This document shows, in pieces, positions 61,253-64,000 of a DNA stretch of 64,000 nt. The position numbers and the translations under genes are program-made. This DNA comes from Polyangia bacterium. Its GTDB lineage: Bacteria > Myxococcota_A > Polyangia > JAAYKL01. The stretch lies in assembly GCA_050287845.1 (NCBI GenBank), contig JBNKCR010000017.1, positions 103,233-167,232 of the forward strand, in the 5' to 3' direction. The notes under the pieces were generated by a model that did no database searches, was not told the origin of the DNA, and saw nothing but the letters and a program-made list of their open reading frames with translations. How positions within the stretch are numbered: position 1 is the stretch's first letter; the number at the start of each line of letters is the position of its first letter.

Positions 61253-63196
61253 ATGATGAAACGAAAAATTTTCCGATTAACAGCGATTATTATCGTCTTT
61301 CTTTTCAGTCTGAGCTGTGAGGATGAGCAGACAGAAGCAGATGCGTCCGAAATAGCAACGCCTCTAAATCCCGAGGAACATACAACAACTGATCCGATAA
61401 CCATAAAGTTGAAGACACCCGAAGGCGATGAAATTGACGTGCAAGCTGAAATCGTTGACGGTCTTGTTATCGCAGAGGGAGATATGATTCTGGGGCCAGC
61501 ATCTATCCTGAAAGCTGATAATTCTGGTTTTACAAAAGCGAATGCATTGGGTGTAACGTACACAAGTTCCCCATATTATGGTACCAAGTGGGCAAATGCT
61601 GTGGTTCCCTATACAATTCACACAAACTTCAGCGCATCGGAAAGAAAAAACATTGAATTTGCCATAAAGCTTTTCAATCGCGACAGTCCGGTCAAATTTG
61701 TGATTCGCACCTATCAGACCGATTACGTGAGATTCGAAAAAAGTGCCACCGAGAACAGCAGCTATGTCGGAAATAATCCAGACATGGACCGTCAACCGAT
61801 TAACATTTATGATACCAGGTCGGGGGTAGTTTTGCACGAGATGGGGCATGCGATTGGACTGCATCACGAACACCAGCGTTCCGATCGTGACACATGGGTC
61901 TCCCTGGTGGATCCGGCAGATGAAAACGATAGAAATTATGTGATAACCGTTCGAAACGCCTCTACATACAACACACCGTTCGACTATGCTTCAATAATGA
62001 TGTACGAGACAGGTTTAAACCGAAATGATGGTAAGCGAATACAAACCAGAAACTATTGGGGGCTTTCAACCTTGGATGTCATCGGCATTGCGCGAATGTA
62101 TAACAAGTTAGAAATTGTACGTTACGCAGATCATCGTGCCGGAGATTTCAACAACGATGGATTAAGTGATATTCTTTTCACATGGGGTAATGGTACGTTG
62201 CATGTCGCATTGACGCAATTGGTAGGATCTGAATACAAAGCCGTCTACGCAGGAGAATGGATCAGCTATTGGGGCCATGGGAACGGAATCTATCAGCTGG
62301 GCGACTTCGATGGGAAAAATGGCACCGATGTTATGTTCATCGAGCCGACAACAGACGAAATCCATGTGGCACTTTCAACTACAGGCAGCTTTAGAGGTGC
62401 AGGAGGTGGAGTATGGATATGGAAAGACGAAAATCATGATTTGTTCGGCACAATTCGCAATGGTGGCCAATATCGAATTGGGGACTTCAATGGAGATAAC
62501 AAAGATGATCTCTTCTTTTTCGAACCAGCCAACAATACAATCAATGTTGCGTTGTCCAATGGTCAGAACTTTTACGGCAATGGCAGTGGCCAATGGATCG
62601 GGCCGAACGGCTTTGGCTCTTTCAACACAGGACAGTACACGATAGGTAACTTCGACGGAGACGAATACGATGATCTTCTTTTCACAAGCCTTTACAATCG
62701 AAAATACTATGTAGCGCTCTCGACGGGATATAGTTTTGGGAAGTCAGGCAGTGGCGTGTGGTACGATGCGGATAATGACACAGACTACTTTTTGATGAAT
62801 ACGAATAATTCGAGCAGAACCCTTACCGCGGTAAATGTGGATAGAACAAAATACAGTTACGATGACAAGAAAGACGACCTGGTATTGTGGTCAGCGCCGC
62901 TGGGTATGTTTTTATTCGCCAGGAGCACTGGCTCGTCGTTCAGCACAGTACGGGCATTGTCTGAAGTAGTGGAATTACCAGGAAACGAATCGCTGTACAG
63001 GGTCGAAGGTGGTGAGTTTCTTTTCGGTCATTTTAATACAGATAAACGAATGGATGTCATCACCCGATTTGGGTCAGACAGTAAATGGGAGATGATGCCC
63101 AACAACAGCTTTCGCTATTTTTTCCACGATGATGTGTACACTTATATTTCGACGGGAGGCTTCGGCGATGTAAGCGACACATCGGTATATCGCTAA
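61253..63196 (+). CDS. Astacin-like (M12A) metalloprotease lipoprotein with FG-GAP/VCBS-like repeats
   Basis: Lipobox SLSC; EGDM pro-region; HEMGHAIGLHHEHQRSDRD; Met-turn SIMMY; repeats GDFNNDGLSD, GDFDGKNGTD, GDFNGDNKDD, GNFDGDEYDD. Confidence 0.92.
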   Translation: MMKRKIFRLTAIIIVFLFSLSCEDEQTEADASEIATPLNPEEHTTTDPITIKLKTPEGDEIDVQAEIVDGLVIAEGDMILGPASILKADNSGFTKANALGVTYTSSPYYGTKWANAVVPYTIHTNFSASERKNIEFAIKLFNRDSPVKFVIRTYQTDYVRFEKSATENSSYVGNNPDMDRQPINIYDTRSGVVLHEMGHAIGLHHEHQRSDRDTWVSLVDPADENDRNYVITVRNASTYNTPFDYASIMMYETGLNRNDGKRIQTRNYWGLSTLDVIGIARMYNKLEIVRYADHRAGDFNNDGLSDILFTWGNGTLHVALTQLVGSEYKAVYAGEWISYWGHGNGIYQLGDFDGKNGTDVMFIEPTTDEIHVALSTTGSFRGAGGGVWIWKDENHDLFGTIRNGGQYRIGDFNGDNKDDLFFFEPANNTINVALSNGQNFYGNGSGQWIGPNGFGSFNTGQYTIGNFDGDEYDDLLFTSLYNRKYYVALSTGYSFGKSGSGVWYDADNDTDYFLMNTNNSSRTLTAVNVDRTKYSYDDKKDDLVLWSAPLGMFLFARSTGSSFSTVRALSEVVELPGNESLYRVEGGEFLFGHFNTDKRMDVITRFGSDSKWEMMPNNSFRYFFHDDVYTYISTGGFGDVSDTSVYR

Positions 63197-63226
63197 CGCT
63201 ATCTCCTTCACTCCGTTACTGCCACC

Positions 63227-63545
63227 TTAGAAATGTTCAAGCTGGTCTCGGATTGATTCGAAGAGCGCTGAGTGTTCATTTTTTAGATGCCAGCGAAGCA
63301 TTCCAGCAAATGGGGCGTCATCTGCCACCATAAGTTTCACACCATAAGTTTCACTCTGGGAACATCTCTGGTATGAATTGCTTCATTGATATCATTGAAA
63401 GCCCGTGTCATTTTTTTCCGAAGAACTCGTGCTCCGTGTTTTTTTATAGCGGTGCAATCCACTCCGGAAAGGCATTTTCGTAGCAATTTTTCGGTGTTCT
63501 CACATTCCCGCTCCTTTCCCGAGTGCGGGTGGGGAATGATTGTCA
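63227..63545 (-). pseudogene. 3' gene remnant with a 14-bp tandem duplication, truncated by element copy 3
   Basis: ACCATAAGTTTCAC x2 (63327-63354). Removing one copy extends the frame to ...KLMVADDAPFAGMLRWHLKNEHSALFESIRDQLEHF*. Confidence 0.45.
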
Positions 63546-64000
63546 CCCCAGCAAATTGGCACAAGCAAATTGGCACAAGCAAATTGGCTCAGAGTGATTA
63601 TTGTTCCGTTGTGCGAAGTTTGGATATGTGCGATGAATCTGCGGTTGATCTGATATTTTGTTCAGGGTTCAGACGGAATGTACCAGGTTCGTATCGGGCG
63701 ATTTGTGGTCACGCTGTCCTCGATTGAATTGCCCGTCGGGAAATCGTACAGTCCAGACGCACGTAACCAGCGCTGCAATGCATGCCACGCCATTTGCCGA
63801 CTTTTTATCGATACCTGCTGCTACACCGAGATACCCGGAATTAATGGCCGGATACTGCCGTATGGGAATTCGGTTTTGTGCGCACCTCCCCGATACGCGA
63901 CGGATGCTTCAATGTACCGGTTGCAGAACTTCTTCATTGCTTCTTTGTATTCTTCCCGTCGTTTATTGCACGCGCAATGACACAAGGGTTTGGCGCTGTT
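63546..64000 (-). mobile_element. RAYT-like element, copy 3 (continues beyond window)
   Basis: Same stuttered left end and body as copies 1 and 2; open transposase C-terminus running off the window. Confidence 0.75.
63821..64000 (-). CDS. C-terminus of putative RAYT-like transposase (partial)
   Basis: NSAKPLCHCACNKRREEYKEAMKKFCNRYIEASVAYRGGAHKTEFPYGSIRPLIPGISV*; the homologous remnant in copy 1 is joined to the Y..NPV motif. Confidence 0.6.
   Translation of the reverse strand, partial: NSAKPLCHCACNKRREEYKEAMKKFCNRYIEASVAYRGGAHKTEFPYGSIRPLIPGISV

Overview
Bacterial chromosomal window, moderately GC-rich. The gene repertoire suggests a deltaproteobacterial/Myxococcota-like organism (inference): several Hanks-type Ser/Thr kinases, sigma54 activators, Asp/Thr-rich lipoproteins, a fibro-slime protein and GC-type C-terminal sorting tails. 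About 1-47 kb is mostly core metabolism and signalling: dapB, efpL/yeiP, rseP, kinase + PP2C phosphatase, bioF/bioD, alr, lysA and mutS. It includes a redox/oxygen-themed stretch: ovoA with a PatB-type C-S lyase, a 1704-aa kinase-AAA-TPR-GAF-sigma54 activator, a kinase fused to an ODP-like di-iron domain, a rubredoxin-ferritin-flavodiiron operon, and a sigma54-controlled radical SAM gene with a visible promoter, IHF site and UAS-like palindromes. From about 47 kb the window is accessory. It holds three copies of a RAYT-like (Y1/HUH transposase) element with imperfect terminal inverted repeats and tandemly 'stuttered' ends, an IS200-like fragment, a TetR-controlled RND pump whose permease is fused to a TolC-like domain, several pseudogenes, and an AT-richer block of secreted proteins including an astacin metalloprotease. 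No rRNA, tRNA or CRISPR array was recognised. All calls come from motif recognition by eye; no database searches were run.
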